Source: an uncultured Acidimicrobiaceae bacterium | Lineage (GTDB): Bacteria > Actinomycetota > Acidimicrobiia > Acidimicrobiales > Salinilacustritrichaceae | Direction: 5' to 3' | Length of the DNA stretch: 64,000 nt | Assembly: GCA_963811245.1 (NCBI GenBank) | Contig: CAWEQL010000008.1 | Location: 8,134 to 72,133, forward strand | In this document: piece after piece, positions 1 through 9,695 of the stretch | Numbering within the stretch: position 1 is the stretch's first letter | Layout: the number at the start of each line of letters is the position of its first letter | Position numbers and translations under genes: made by a program | Notes under the pieces: generated by a model | What the model saw: only the letters and a program-made list of their open reading frames with translations | Told to the model about the DNA's origin: nothing | Database searches by the model: none

Positions 1-422
1 AGCTCTACACCGAGCTCGGTCGCATGGACGACGAAGGGCTGGTCGAGGTCACCGACGTCGGGGCCCGCAACCGCAAGGAGTACGACCTCACCATCGAGGG
101 GAGAACTGAACTCGAGCGGTGGCTCACCGAGGTCGAGCCCGAGCGAGTCCGTCGCGACGATGCGATGCTGCGTGTCTTCTTCCTGTGGGCGATCGATCCG
201 GAACAGGCACGTGGCTATCTCGAACGCGAGGCCGATCAACAGCGCCGCTTCCACGAGCTGCTCGAGGTGGTCGAGCAGACCATCGACTGGGACGAGAGCG
301 GGTTCGATCGCTTCGGCCGTCTCGCCCTCGAGAACGGACTCCGCGTCGCCGAGGCCAACGAGGCGTGGGCACGCTGGGCCGCTGAGCAGGTCGGAACACG
401 ACCGGCCTCTCGTCCCAACTGA
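1..422 (+). CDS. PadR-family transcriptional regulator (5' truncated by window edge)
   Basis: LYTELGRM..GLVEV..RNRKEYDLTIEGRTELERWL winged helix plus a helical C-terminal domain. Confidence 0.85.
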   Translation, partial: LYTELGRMDDEGLVEVTDVGARNRKEYDLTIEGRTELERWLTEVEPERVRRDDAMLRVFFLWAIDPEQARGYLEREADQQRRFHELLEVVEQTIDWDESGFDRFGRLALENGLRVAEANEAWARWAAEQVGTRPASRPN

Positions 423-555
423 ACTCGGGCCGATACCGCTGACCGCGGTGGACCCGGGGTCTTGTCAGTCGGGTCGACTTCGGTGTTAGCGACTGCTGCG
501 CCATCCGTTCCCCGCCCGCCCCGTGGGGAGGCCGCGCAGCGAGTCCCTCGCCGTA

Positions 556-586
556 CAGACCACAAACAGACCACATTCAGACCACA
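556..586 (+). repeat. Three CAGACCACA direct repeats, 11-bp period (integrase arm-type sites, left arm)
   Basis: Exact 9-mers at 556, 567 and 578. Confidence 0.8.
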
Positions 587-638
587 CCTGAGAGGTATGT
601 GGGGGTACCAGCTGTCACGGGCGCTCGCGAAACGGGGC

Positions 639-661
639 CTGACCTGCAAAACGCAGGTCAG
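639..661. repeat. Inverted repeat CTGACCTGC-aaaac-GCAGGTCAG
   Basis: Perfect 9-bp arms; the TGACCTG core recurs in the hairpin at 747-777. Confidence 0.7.
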
Positions 662-689
662 CCGCATGTGGATAACCCGTGACCGCATG

Positions 690-733
690 GTTCGGGACGC
701 AGAGGTCGGGAGTTCAAATCTCCCCCACCCGAC
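690..733 (+). mobile_element. 3' half of tRNA-Pro(CGG): att core of an integrative element, not an intact tRNA
   Basis: Anticodon loop TT-CGG-GA, T-arm GGGAG-TTCAAAT-CTCCC and acceptor 3' strand CCACCCG-A are present. There is no D-arm or 5' acceptor strand, and upstream CATGG does not pair with CGCAG. Confidence 0.85.
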
Positions 734-746
734 TCAGAAGAATGAC

Positions 747-787
747 CAGGTCACGGGCGGCTTTCGTCCGTGACCTGTTGGTTTTCC
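747..787 (+). terminator. Hairpin CAGGTCACGG...CCGTGACCTG followed by a T-rich tract
   Basis: Perfect 10-bp stem directly after the tRNA fragment, then TTGGTTTT. Confidence 0.6.
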
Positions 788-806
788 ACAGGCCGGAAAT
801 CGGCCG

Positions 807-826
807 CAGACCACACTCAGACCACA
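807..826 (+). repeat. Two CAGACCACA direct repeats, 11-bp period (right arm)
   Basis: Exact 9-mers at 807 and 818. Confidence 0.8.
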
Positions 827-1066
827 GCAACACGGGCAGATGACGCAGTATGCAATAGATCGTAGAGCGATCTGACTGAAGTGACTGAACGGTCCGGGGC
901 GTACACGGCAGCCGTCACCCAGAACTCGAGCGAGTCGCCGAGCCCATCGTCGAGATCAGGGCCGAGCTCGAACCCCACCCTCGCGAAGCAAGAGCCGGTT
1001 CTGTTCCCCGCTGTCCCTCGTCGCTGAGCGAGCCGCGGGTGGCGCAGCCCGCGGTCGGTCGAGGTC

Positions 1067-1284
1067 TCAGCGGAAGTGGTCCTTGTGGCGGTGGGAGGCA
1101 AACGGGGCAAGGGCAAGGACGGCGGAGGAGATCCAAACGCCTGCTCCGATCTGGGCGTTGACGTTCATCCCGATGACCGGGCCGGCAATGAACGCGAGAG
1201 CGGCGAGCGCCCACACGGCGATTCGCAGCCGCTGGCTCCCGCGCTCGGGCCTGGGTGATCGGTCACGCTCGAGGTTTCGCTCAC
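1067..1284 (-). CDS. Small 2-TM membrane protein, probably the last gene of the suf operon (frameshifted near its start)
   Basis: Manual translation RLRIAVWALAALAFIAGPVIGMNVNAQIGAGVWISSAVLALAPFASHRHKDHFR*; a GTG start overlaps the sufT stop (GTGA) in another frame. Confidence 0.45.
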
Positions 1285-1849
1285 AGCAACCCGAGCTCGA
1301 GCTTGGTGGCGTCGGAGATCAGCGCCATGCTCCACGGAGGGTCGTAGACGAGGGTGACGTCGACTTCGTCGACGCCGGCTATCGCGGCGACCGCTCGGGC
1401 GGCGTCGTCGCGGAGGATGTCGCCCATGCCGCAGCCGGGTGCGGTCATGGTCATGTCGATCTCGATCCGACGCCGCCCGTCGTCGAGGTCGATCTCCTCG
1501 CAGCGGTAGACGAGCCCGAGGTCGACGATGCTGATGGGGATCTCGGGGTCGTAGACGCCTTGGAGCGCGTCGCTGGACCGATGCGATGTCGAACTCGGCG
1601 TTGTCGGCGGGGCGGCGGGCGACGGCAACGGCTGCTTCGGATGTGTCGAGTTCGATGCCGATGGCGTCGGCGTCGCTGCCGTCGATGCGGAGCAGTGTTC
1701 CCAGTCTCGGTCCGCACGGTGATGCTGGCACCGAGCTGTTGGACGATCTCGACCTCTCCGCCTGCGGTGAGGGCGACCCGCTCGCCGTGGGGGACGGTGA
1801 CCGCGTCGCAGTCTCGTCGGAGCGAGATGGGACTCCAGGCCCGGGTCAT
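1281..1849 (-). CDS. sufT: Fe-S cluster assembly protein SufT (DUF59/PaaD-like), two frameshifts
   Basis: VYDPEIPISIVDLGLVY, MTMTAPGCGMG, YDPPW motifs; N-terminal RDCDAVTVPHG..QQLGASITV domain spread over three frames. Confidence 0.9.
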
Positions 1850-3096
1850 CAGCTCGGTCCCGTCGTGATGGCGCGCTCTACCTGCATGCGAAGGGAGAGG
1901 GGCGTGATCTGGTCGGTGATCTCGCGCGCGAACGCTTCGACGAGCATGGATCGAGCCTGCGCCCGGGGGATGCCGCGGGATCGAAGGTAGAAGAGGGCGT
2001 CATCATCGAGGCGGCCGGTGGCCGAGCCGTGGTCGCAGCGGACGTCATCGGCGAAGATCTCGAGCCATGGTCGGCTGTTGATCTGCGCGGTGGGGGCCAG
2101 GAGGAGGTTGCGGTTGGTCTGGTGGGCGTCGGTGCCGACGGTGCCGGGGCGAACGATCACGTGCCCGAGGAAGGCCCCGCGGCCGTGGCCACCGACGAGA
2201 CCCTTGAAACGCTGCGTGCTGGTGCAGTGTGAGGCGGCGTGGTCGACGGTGACGACGGTGTCGTGTCGCTGCTCGTCGGTTGGCAGGTACAGGCCGTCGA
2301 GGTCGCAGCGGGCGCCTTCGTCGATGAAGGTGACGTCGATGTCGAGCCGGGAGGTGACCGCGCCACGGGTGACCGACGTGGACCGGGCGCGCGAGCTGCC
2401 GTGCTGCTCGAAGCGGAGCCGCCCGATGTGGGTGGCGTCGGAGGCCTCGTGCTGGAGCCGGTGGTGGGTCAGCGTCGGCGCGGTCGGCGAGGCGGATCGT
2501 GGTCGAGGCGTTGGTGATCGCGCGGCCGGGGAGACCGACGTAGGACTCGACCAGGTGGAAGGTGCTGTCGACACCGGCCTCCACGATCACCCGAGGGTGG
2601 GACACGGTGCGGTTCTCTTCTGGCACCGAGACGTGGACGATGTGGATCGGGCTGTCGATGCGTGCTCCGGGTTCGATCTGCACGACGACGACATCGGACG
2701 CAGCTGATCGGTTGAGCGCATCGAACCCGTCGACCGGGTCGCGGATCGGTGTCGTCAGGTAGTCGATGACGCCTTCGGTCAGGGATGTCGACGACCCGTA
2801 CCAGAGCCCAGGCGGCGGTTGGCCGGGGTCGGACAGGGCGGGAACGTGGGCGCCGTTGACGATGACGATCCGGGTCTGTCCGTGGCGGCCGGCGAGTTCG
2901 TCGATCGTCGGCCCGCTCACCGACGGGGTGGTGGCGGGATCGGCATCGGCCAGGTCTCGGGTGATCTCGGCGACCGGCGTGTGGAGCCATGCTTCCTCCT
3001 GGGCGCCGGGGAACCCGTGCTCGTCGAGCCACTGTCGAGCATGATCGGCGTCGCCAAGGGTTCGTGTCCGCTGACGCGAGGTTGCGGGTGCTGCGG

Positions 3097-3100
<4 letters not shown>
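1849..3100 (-). CDS. sufD: Fe-S cluster assembly protein SufD, frameshifted near 2480
   Basis: NSRPWLEIFADDVRCDHGSATGRLDDDALFYLRSRGI. Confidence 0.92.
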
Positions 3101-3841
<741 letters not shown>

Positions 3842-3842
<1 letters not shown>

Positions 3843-5285
3843 CAGCCGACCGCCCCTTCCAGGGTGAGGCGCATGAGGGCCTGGGCCTCGACCGCGTACT
3901 CCATCGGGAGTTCGTCGAACACCTCGCGGCAGAACCCGTTGACGATCATCGACGTGGCGTCCTCCTCGCCGAGGCCGCGTTGGCGGCAGTAGAAGAGCTG
4001 GTCGTCGTCGATCTTCGAGGTCGACGCCTCGTGCTCGACCTGGGCGGTGTCGTTCTTCACCTCGATGTAGGGGAACGTGTGGGCGCCGCACTCGGAACCG
4101 ATCAGCAGCGAGTCGCAGCGGGTGTGGTTGCGGGCCCCGGTCGCCGACCGCAGCACCTTCACCAGCCCGCGGTAGGTGTTCTGGGCGTGACCGGCGGAGA
4201 TGCCCTTGGACAGGATCGTGCTGGTCGTGTTCTTGCCGATGTGGATCATCTTCGTGCCGGTGTCGGCCTGCTGATGACCGGTGGTCACGGCAACCGAGTA
4301 GAACTCGCCGACCGAGTCGTCGCCCTGGAGGATGACGCTCGGGTACTTCCAGGTGATGGCCGAGCCGGTCTCGACCTGGGTCCAGGAGATCTTGGCCCGG
4401 TTCCCGCACCGGCCGCGTTTGGTGACGAAGTTGTAGATGCCGCCGACGCCGTTCTCGTCGCCGGGGTACCAGTTCTGCACCGTCGAGTACTTCACGCTGG
4501 CGTCGTCGAGCGCGACGATCTCGACCACCGCAGCGTGGAGCTGGTTCTCGTCGCGCATCGGGGCCGTGCATCCCTCGAGGTAGCTGACGCTGGCCCCTTC
4601 TTCGGCGACGATCAGGGTGCGCTCGAACTGGCCGGTCTCGGCCGCGTTGATCCGGAAGTAGGTCGACAACTCCATCGGGCAACGCACGCCCTCGGGGACG
4701 AAGCAGAACGACCCGTCGGAGAACACCGCCGAGTTGAGCGTGGCGAAGAAGTTGTCGCGGAACGCCACGACCGAACCCAGGTAGCGGCGGACCAGGTCGG
4801 GGTGCTCGCGCACCGCCTCGGAGAACGAGCAGAAGATCACCCCGGCCTCGGCCAGCGTCGCCTTGAACGTGGTGGCGACCGAGACCGAGTCGATGATCGC
4901 GTCGACCGCCACGTGGTCACCCCGGCCAGGCGCTCCTGCTCGGCGAGGGAGATGCCGAGCTTGTCGAACGCGGCCCGGATCTCCGGGTCGACCTCATCGA
5001 GGCTCTCGGGCCCGGGCCCTTCGGCTTCGGCGCCGCCCAGTAGTGCATGTCCTGGTAGTCGATCGGCGGGTGGTGCACGTTCTGCCACGTCGGCGGCTCG
5101 AGCGTCAGGAAGTGGCGGAACGCGGCGAGACGCCACTCGAGCAGCCAGTCGGGTTCGTCGTTCTTGGCCGAGATGAGCCGAACGACGTCCTCGGTCAGCC
5201 CCTTCGGGGCCAGGTCGGTGTCGATGTCGCTGTGGAACCCGAAGGCGTACTCTCGCTCGACGAGCTCGTCGATGACGTCGGTCAT
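3842..5285 (-). CDS. sufB: Fe-S cluster assembly protein SufB, two frameshifts
   Basis: [45 protein letters not shown]. Confidence 0.95.
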
Positions 5286-5308
5286 GGTCGTCCTCTCCTG
5301 GTTGCAGA

Positions 5309-5332
5309 TAAATCTAGCAGATGCTAGAACTA
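5309..5332. promoter_or_regulatory. Operator TCTAG-N6-CTAGA (site 1) in the divergent sufB/globin promoter
   Basis: TCTAGCAGATGCTAGA at 5313-5328; outer GGTTGC/GCAACC arms at 5300-5305 and 5335-5340. Confidence 0.8.
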
Positions 5333-5359
5333 AGGCAACCGGCGTTCTGGAGGAACACC

Positions 5360-5806
5360 ATGCGCGACACCCCACGACCGACACCGACTCGCGACCTCGA
5401 CTCACCGGAGGAGATCGCCGAGATGGTCCGCCGCTTCTACGCCGACGTGGCCATGGACGACCTGCTCGGGCCGATGTTCAACGACGTCGCCCGGGTGGAC
5501 TGGTCAGCGCACCTCCCCAAGCTCACCGCGTTCTGGTGCCGCGCCCTGCTCGGACAGCAGGGCTATGCCGGGAACCCGTTCCGGGCCCACGCCCACATCC
5601 ATGAGCAGCGACCGTTCACGTCCGCCCACTTCGAACGGTGGCTCATGCTGTTCCACGAGACCCTCGAGCTCGGATGGACAGGCCCCAACGCGACCCGCGC
5701 ACGGGCGCTCGCCGACAACGTCGCCCGCGTCCACCGCGAACAACTCCTCGGGGAGGAAGTCGCCGTCGCTGGCTCTCTCAACGTCAGCTCCCCCCGACGC
5801 CGCTAG
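5360..5806 (+). CDS. Group III truncated hemoglobin (trHbP)
   Basis: VRRFY (B9-B10), DWSAH (E7), NPFRAH (F8), HFERW (G8); GGAGG RBS. Confidence 0.92.
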   Translation: MRDTPRPTPTRDLDSPEEIAEMVRRFYADVAMDDLLGPMFNDVARVDWSAHLPKLTAFWCRALLGQQGYAGNPFRAHAHIHEQRPFTSAHFERWLMLFHETLELGWTGPNATRARALADNVARVHREQLLGEEVAVAGSLNVSSPRRR

Positions 5807-5816
5807 GAGACAAGCA

Positions 5817-6565
5817 GTGGAACTCCCTTCTCATCTCGTCGAGGCCCGCCGAACCCCGTTGTTCGACTACGAGTCCCTCCCAGACGCGCTCGCGAAGACG
5901 CATCGGACCACCGTGTGGGGCACGCTCCACGTCCAGCAGGGGAGCGTCCAGTACACCGAATCGGAGGGCGAGTCTCCCCGGTCAGAACGCCTCGACCCCG
6001 GCGACCATGTGGCGATCCCCCCATTCATCGCTCACGAAGTCGATCCGTCGACGGACGCCATCTTCTTCGTGCAGTTCTACCGTGAGCCCGACGCAGACCT
6101 GGTTCCACTGCCCGAGGCGGCTCCGCCGACAGCGATCTACCGGGACGCCCCGTGGGAACACCGCGGAGTCGATCTCGACACGACCGAGGAGATCTTCGAG
6201 CTCGTCACGAGGCAGTACGCCGACATCGTGCAGGACGACGTGTTGGCGACGTACTTCACCTTCGGAACAGATGCGATGGATTGGCGCGCCCACATCCTGA
6301 GAGTCGCCGACTACTGGAACCATGTGCTGTTGTTCGCCCCGAGCTACGAGATCGACATCATCGGACGTCACCAAGCGATCCATGAAGACGGCGAGCCGTT
6401 CTCGGCTGATGCGTTCGATCGCTGGTTGCAGATCTTCCTCGATGCGGTCGACGGCGGCTGGACAGGGCCCAACGCGGAAATCGCGAAGAACGCGCCACGG
6501 GTATGGCATGGGCGATGGCTCAGCGGGTGCTCGGCAAAGGGGTCTGGCGGCCGTCCGTGCCATGA
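5817..6565 (+). CDS. YeaR/TehB-N (DUF1971) cupin fused to a group III truncated hemoglobin; frameshift near 6490
   Basis: RTPLFDYESLPDALAKTHRTTVWGTLHVQQGSV..PPFIAHEV..FFVQFY, then DWRAH..YW..GRH..FDRW; the alternate frame supplies RATGMAWAMAQRVLG..* with stop at 6563-6565. Confidence 0.85.
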
Positions 6566-6620
6566 CCTGCGTTCCGTGGTTCATCTCTGCATTCCAAGGG
6601 CGCATCAGAGCTCCGATCTG

Positions 6621-7817
6621 ATGGGGTCGCGTGAAACTCGGGTGGCTGATGTCCAGGGCCAGACCGTGCCGATGCTCGTCATCGCGCTCGGCTTCACGGT
6701 GTCGGCACCGATCGCGGCGGTGGTTCCCCACGCCACAGGCGCTTGGCTGCCGCTCCATCTCTTCCTGGTCGGAGGGCTGTTCTCGGCGATCGCCGGTGCG
6801 ACCCAGATGCTTGCGGTGACCTGGTCGGCCGCTCCCGCACCCGACGATCGGCTCGCAACGATCCATCGATCGCTGATCATCGTGGGAGTGGTTGCCGTTG
6901 CCGCTGGCCGAGAGGTCCACAACCGTGCGTTGGTGGGATTGGGTGGCGTCGCGATCGTGATCCTGACCACGATGCTGGTCGCGAGCCTGTCCCGGATCCG
7001 GAGCGCGGCCGCCACCGATCGCTTTCATCCTGCAATCGACGGGTACCTGATCGGCTTCGTGTGGGCACTCGTCGGGGTCATCGTGGGCGTCACCCTGGCC
7101 GCAGACCAGGCCGGTACCTGGTGGGGGCGTCTTCGAGACGCCCATGTCGCGATCAACGTCTTGGGCTTCGTCGGCATCGTCATCGCCGCCACGCTCCCGT
7201 ACTTCGTTGCCACGCAGGCCCGCATGAAGATGTCGCACCGCGCCACTCCTGCGCGCCTCCGGGCGGTGCTGGTCTGGCTTGGCGTTGCCGTCGTCGTCAT
7301 TGTGGCCGGCCATCTCGAGGCAATGCCCGCGCTCAGCGGCGTCGGCTACTTCGCGTACGCGATCGGGCTCTGCCTCATCGTCGCTCATCTCCCACCCGTG
7401 CGGGCCCGGCAGGTCCGTTGGGCGGGTCCACGACTGGTGCAGCTGGGAACCGGTATCGCGTGGTGGGTGACTGGCACCCTGATGTTGGCCTTCCATGAGT
7501 TCGGAGCGTCCGTTGACCGGCCAACCGCGCTGCGCGTCATCGCCGTCGGCGGATTCGCGCAGATCCTGGTCGCATCGTTGGCCTACTTCGGCCCGGTACT
7601 CCGCGGCGGAGGCCATCGACAGCTCACCGCTGGCTTCGCCGTCACCAGATCCTGGCCATCACTGACGGCCGGCAATGCCGCCGCGCTCAGCCTCCTACTC
7701 GATGTTCAGCCGGCTGCGACGGTGGCCCTGGCGGTCTGGGCCGTGGACACGGTCGTCAGGGCCATCCGGCTGTTCCGGACCCGTGTCGAACCCTCGGCCG
7801 AGCCGCAATCCGCTTAG
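6621..7817 (+). CDS. Polytopic membrane protein, NnrS-like
   Basis: About 12 hydrophobic segments with intramembrane His motifs WLPLHLFLVG and RLRDAHVAINVLG. Confidence 0.6.
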   Translation: MGSRETRVADVQGQTVPMLVIALGFTVSAPIAAVVPHATGAWLPLHLFLVGGLFSAIAGATQMLAVTWSAAPAPDDRLATIHRSLIIVGVVAVAAGREVHNRALVGLGGVAIVILTTMLVASLSRIRSAAATDRFHPAIDGYLIGFVWALVGVIVGVTLAADQAGTWWGRLRDAHVAINVLGFVGIVIAATLPYFVATQARMKMSHRATPARLRAVLVWLGVAVVVIVAGHLEAMPALSGVGYFAYAIGLCLIVAHLPPVRARQVRWAGPRLVQLGTGIAWWVTGTLMLAFHEFGASVDRPTALRVIAVGGFAQILVASLAYFGPVLRGGGHRQLTAGFAVTRSWPSLTAGNAAALSLLLDVQPAATVALAVWAVDTVVRAIRLFRTRVEPSAEPQSA

Positions 7818-7899
7818 GGCCGATCCGCATTTCGTGCCGGTCGAGCGAGGCGATCGGCTCGGTGGGAGGAGGAAGGTGGTCATCCACCACCCGGGGCAT

Positions 7900-8589
7900 T
7901 CACGATGTTGCGGGGTCGACTCGCAGTTTCAGTCGACACTGTGCTCGACGAGGGTCCTTGGCGACGAGGCCGTCCACCTCGACCCGGCCGACGGTTTCGG
8001 CCATGCCCTCGGCCATCCCGAGGTGGAGTTGGCAGACGGTGTCGGGATCCTCCAGGGCGCCGGACTCGAACGGGCAGGTCCGCAACACGATGTCGGTGCC
8101 GTCGCGTCGGCGACGGATCTCGGGATCGAATCCTTCGCGCGCCATCGCATCGGCAATCGCCTCCACGGCGTCATCGGTTCCTTCGGACGCTCGGGTGCCC
8201 CTGATCGTTCCGGCCCGGCGACCGACCTCGACCGGCGCGTCGCCGGTCCGGATGATCTCGGTCAACAGCACGCTCAGCCGTTCGTAGGGGCCGGTGACCC
8301 CCCACCGGCTCTCCGCCGCCGGGTCGTCGCGATACACGAGTCGTGGCCTCCCCGGACCGGATGGCGCGGCCGTCGTCTCGATGACCAAGCCGCCGTCGAC
8401 CAACTTGGCGAGGTGCTGGCGGATCGCGTTGTGGTTCAGCCCGAGATGGGCGGTGAGTTCGGCGACATCGACCGGGCGGTCCGCCGTGACGATGAATTCG
8501 AAGATCGCGTGGCGGGTCGGATCGCCGAGAGCCCGGGCTTGTTCCTGCAACGTTGGCATTCGCTTGGACCCCTCGGTCGACATCGTCAC
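7900..8589 (-). CDS. HTH regulator of the SufR/ArnR-like (COG2345) type with a 3-Cys C-terminal sensor
   Basis: ALGDPTR..LNHNAIRQHLAKL..GPGRPRLVY; C-terminal CPF-X11-C..LHLG..C. Confidence 0.85.
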   Translation of the reverse strand: MTMSTEGSKRMPTLQEQARALGDPTRHAIFEFIVTADRPVDVAELTAHLGLNHNAIRQHLAKLVDGGLVIETTAAPSGPGRPRLVYRDDPAAESRWGVTGPYERLSVLLTEIIRTGDAPVEVGRRAGTIRGTRASEGTDDAVEAIADAMAREGFDPEIRRRRDGTDIVLRTCPFESGALEDPDTVCQLHLGMAEGMAETVGRVEVDGLVAKDPRRAQCRLKLRVDPATS

Positions 8590-8720
8590 GCCATTCTGGA
8601 TGGGACGTCGAGTAGGGCCTCGACACGGTTGATGAGGTCGGGCACCGTGACGGCCTCGAGCACGTCGAGTATGTCGGCTGACGTGAGGGTCTCGGCGTGC
8701 CGGTGTGTCTCAGCAGGCAT
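8586..8720 (-). CDS. 44-aa small protein translationally coupled to the regulator
   Basis: MPAETHRHAETLTSADILDVLEAVTVPDLINRVEALLDVPSRMA*; GAGAGAG upstream; its stop overlaps the regulator GTG (GTGA). Confidence 0.55.
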   Translation of the reverse strand: MPAETHRHAETLTSADILDVLEAVTVPDLINRVEALLDVPSRMA

Positions 8721-8752
8721 GGTTCACTCGCTCTCTCGTCTGGCTTGCGTGA

Positions 8753-8776
8753 TTTATCTAGTCTAGGCTAGATAAA
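8753..8776. promoter_or_regulatory. Operator TTTATCTAG-N6-CTAGATAAA (site 2)
   Basis: Perfect 9-bp arms in the divergent promoter between the regulator operon and the hemerythrin-like gene. Confidence 0.85.
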
Positions 8777-8799
8777 GAGTGGATGCGAGGAGGGTGGCG

Positions 8800-9159
8800 A
8801 TGAGCGGCAACGTGTCACACGTCGACCTCATGCGATTCGCCAGAGCGCTGCAGACCGTGACGCTCGGACGCGACCTCGATGCCGTCCACAGTGAGCTGTG
8901 CTCACTGCGCAACGCGCTCGTTCAGCACATCCGAGACGAGGAACGGCACCTCCGCGAGGTCTCGCCCGCGGTCGCCGACGCGGTGCGTCGCGGGCAGAAG
9001 GATCTCCTTCGCGATATCGACGCAGTACTCGACCACTCCGACGGGGCCGACGACGAGTGTCGGTGTGTCTCGAAGGCGACGCACCTGACGAGATCGATTG
9101 CTCGGCAGGCGCGGCTCGAGAGCCATATGACCACCTCCGCCGATCGCCGCCGCCGATAG
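8800..9159 (+). CDS. Degenerate hemerythrin-like four-helix protein
   Basis: SH..HIRDEE first-half ligands; second-half His positions appear as GQ and QARLE. Confidence 0.5.
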   Translation: MSGNVSHVDLMRFARALQTVTLGRDLDAVHSELCSLRNALVQHIRDEERHLREVSPAVADAVRRGQKDLLRDIDAVLDHSDGADDECRCVSKATHLTRSIARQARLESHMTTSADRRRR

Positions 9160-9191
9160 CAGTGCGTGGCGATCCCGCGGACGAATCGCTC

Positions 9192-9521
9192 TCAGGCAGC
9201 TGCCTCCTGCGGGGCGCCGGTGTTGACCGGGGCGATGGCGTCGGGTGTGCCCGGCATGCCCACGGACGCCTCGGCTGCGGCGATGGCCGCCTCGGCGCGA
9301 ACGGCGGCGAGGATCGCTCCCATCATGCCTCCGAAACCAGGACCGCCCCAGACGGCGGCGAAGAGGCCGACGCCGACAGCCGGGACCAACTGCGCCCCCG
9401 CGTACAGCATCACCACGGTGACGCCGACGGTCATCGCGACGGTAGCGATGATCGTGCCCGTGACCGCTCCTCGAATCGCCGCTCGCTCCACTGCGCCGTC
9501 ACTTCGATCGATGTCCTGCAT
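9192..9521 (-). CDS. Small Gly-rich 2-TM membrane protein
   Basis: Two hydrophobic helices and WGGPGFGGMMG; GAGGAG RBS. Confidence 0.7.
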   Translation of the reverse strand: MQDIDRSDGAVERAAIRGAVTGTIIATVAMTVGVTVVMLYAGAQLVPAVGVGLFAAVWGGPGFGGMMGAILAAVRAEAAIAAAEASVGMPGTPDAIAPVNTGAPQEAAA

Positions 9522-9550
9522 GGCTGTTCGCTCCTCGTCCACGAAATCGG

Positions 9551-9574
9551 TTTCTCTAGTGAACACTAGATGAA
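9551..9574. promoter_or_regulatory. Operator TCTAG-N6-CTAGA (site 3)
   Basis: TTTCTCTAGtgaacaCTAGATGAA about 30 bp upstream of the 9521 start. Confidence 0.8.
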
Positions 9575-9695
9575 CGGACGCCTGTCGACCAGGCTCGTCC
9601 AGCATTTCCACATTGGGGGCACGTGGACGCGGTCGCCACCACCGGCACAGTGAGGACGCGCGGCAGCTGCCGTTTTGGATGCGTGACAGGCTCAC

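Noticed and set aside
657-735. Intact tRNA-Pro gene
   Set aside because: No 5' acceptor strand or D-arm, and the anticodon stem does not pair; only the 3' half is present.
667-790. Replication origin suggested by DnaA boxes
   Set aside because: Only two boxes, with no dnaA/dnaN or rep gene nearby.
5565-7817. 750-aa cupin-globin-membrane triple fusion in the ORF track
   Set aside because: The globin H-helix continues in another frame to a stop at 6565; the read-through is best explained by a single indel near 6490.
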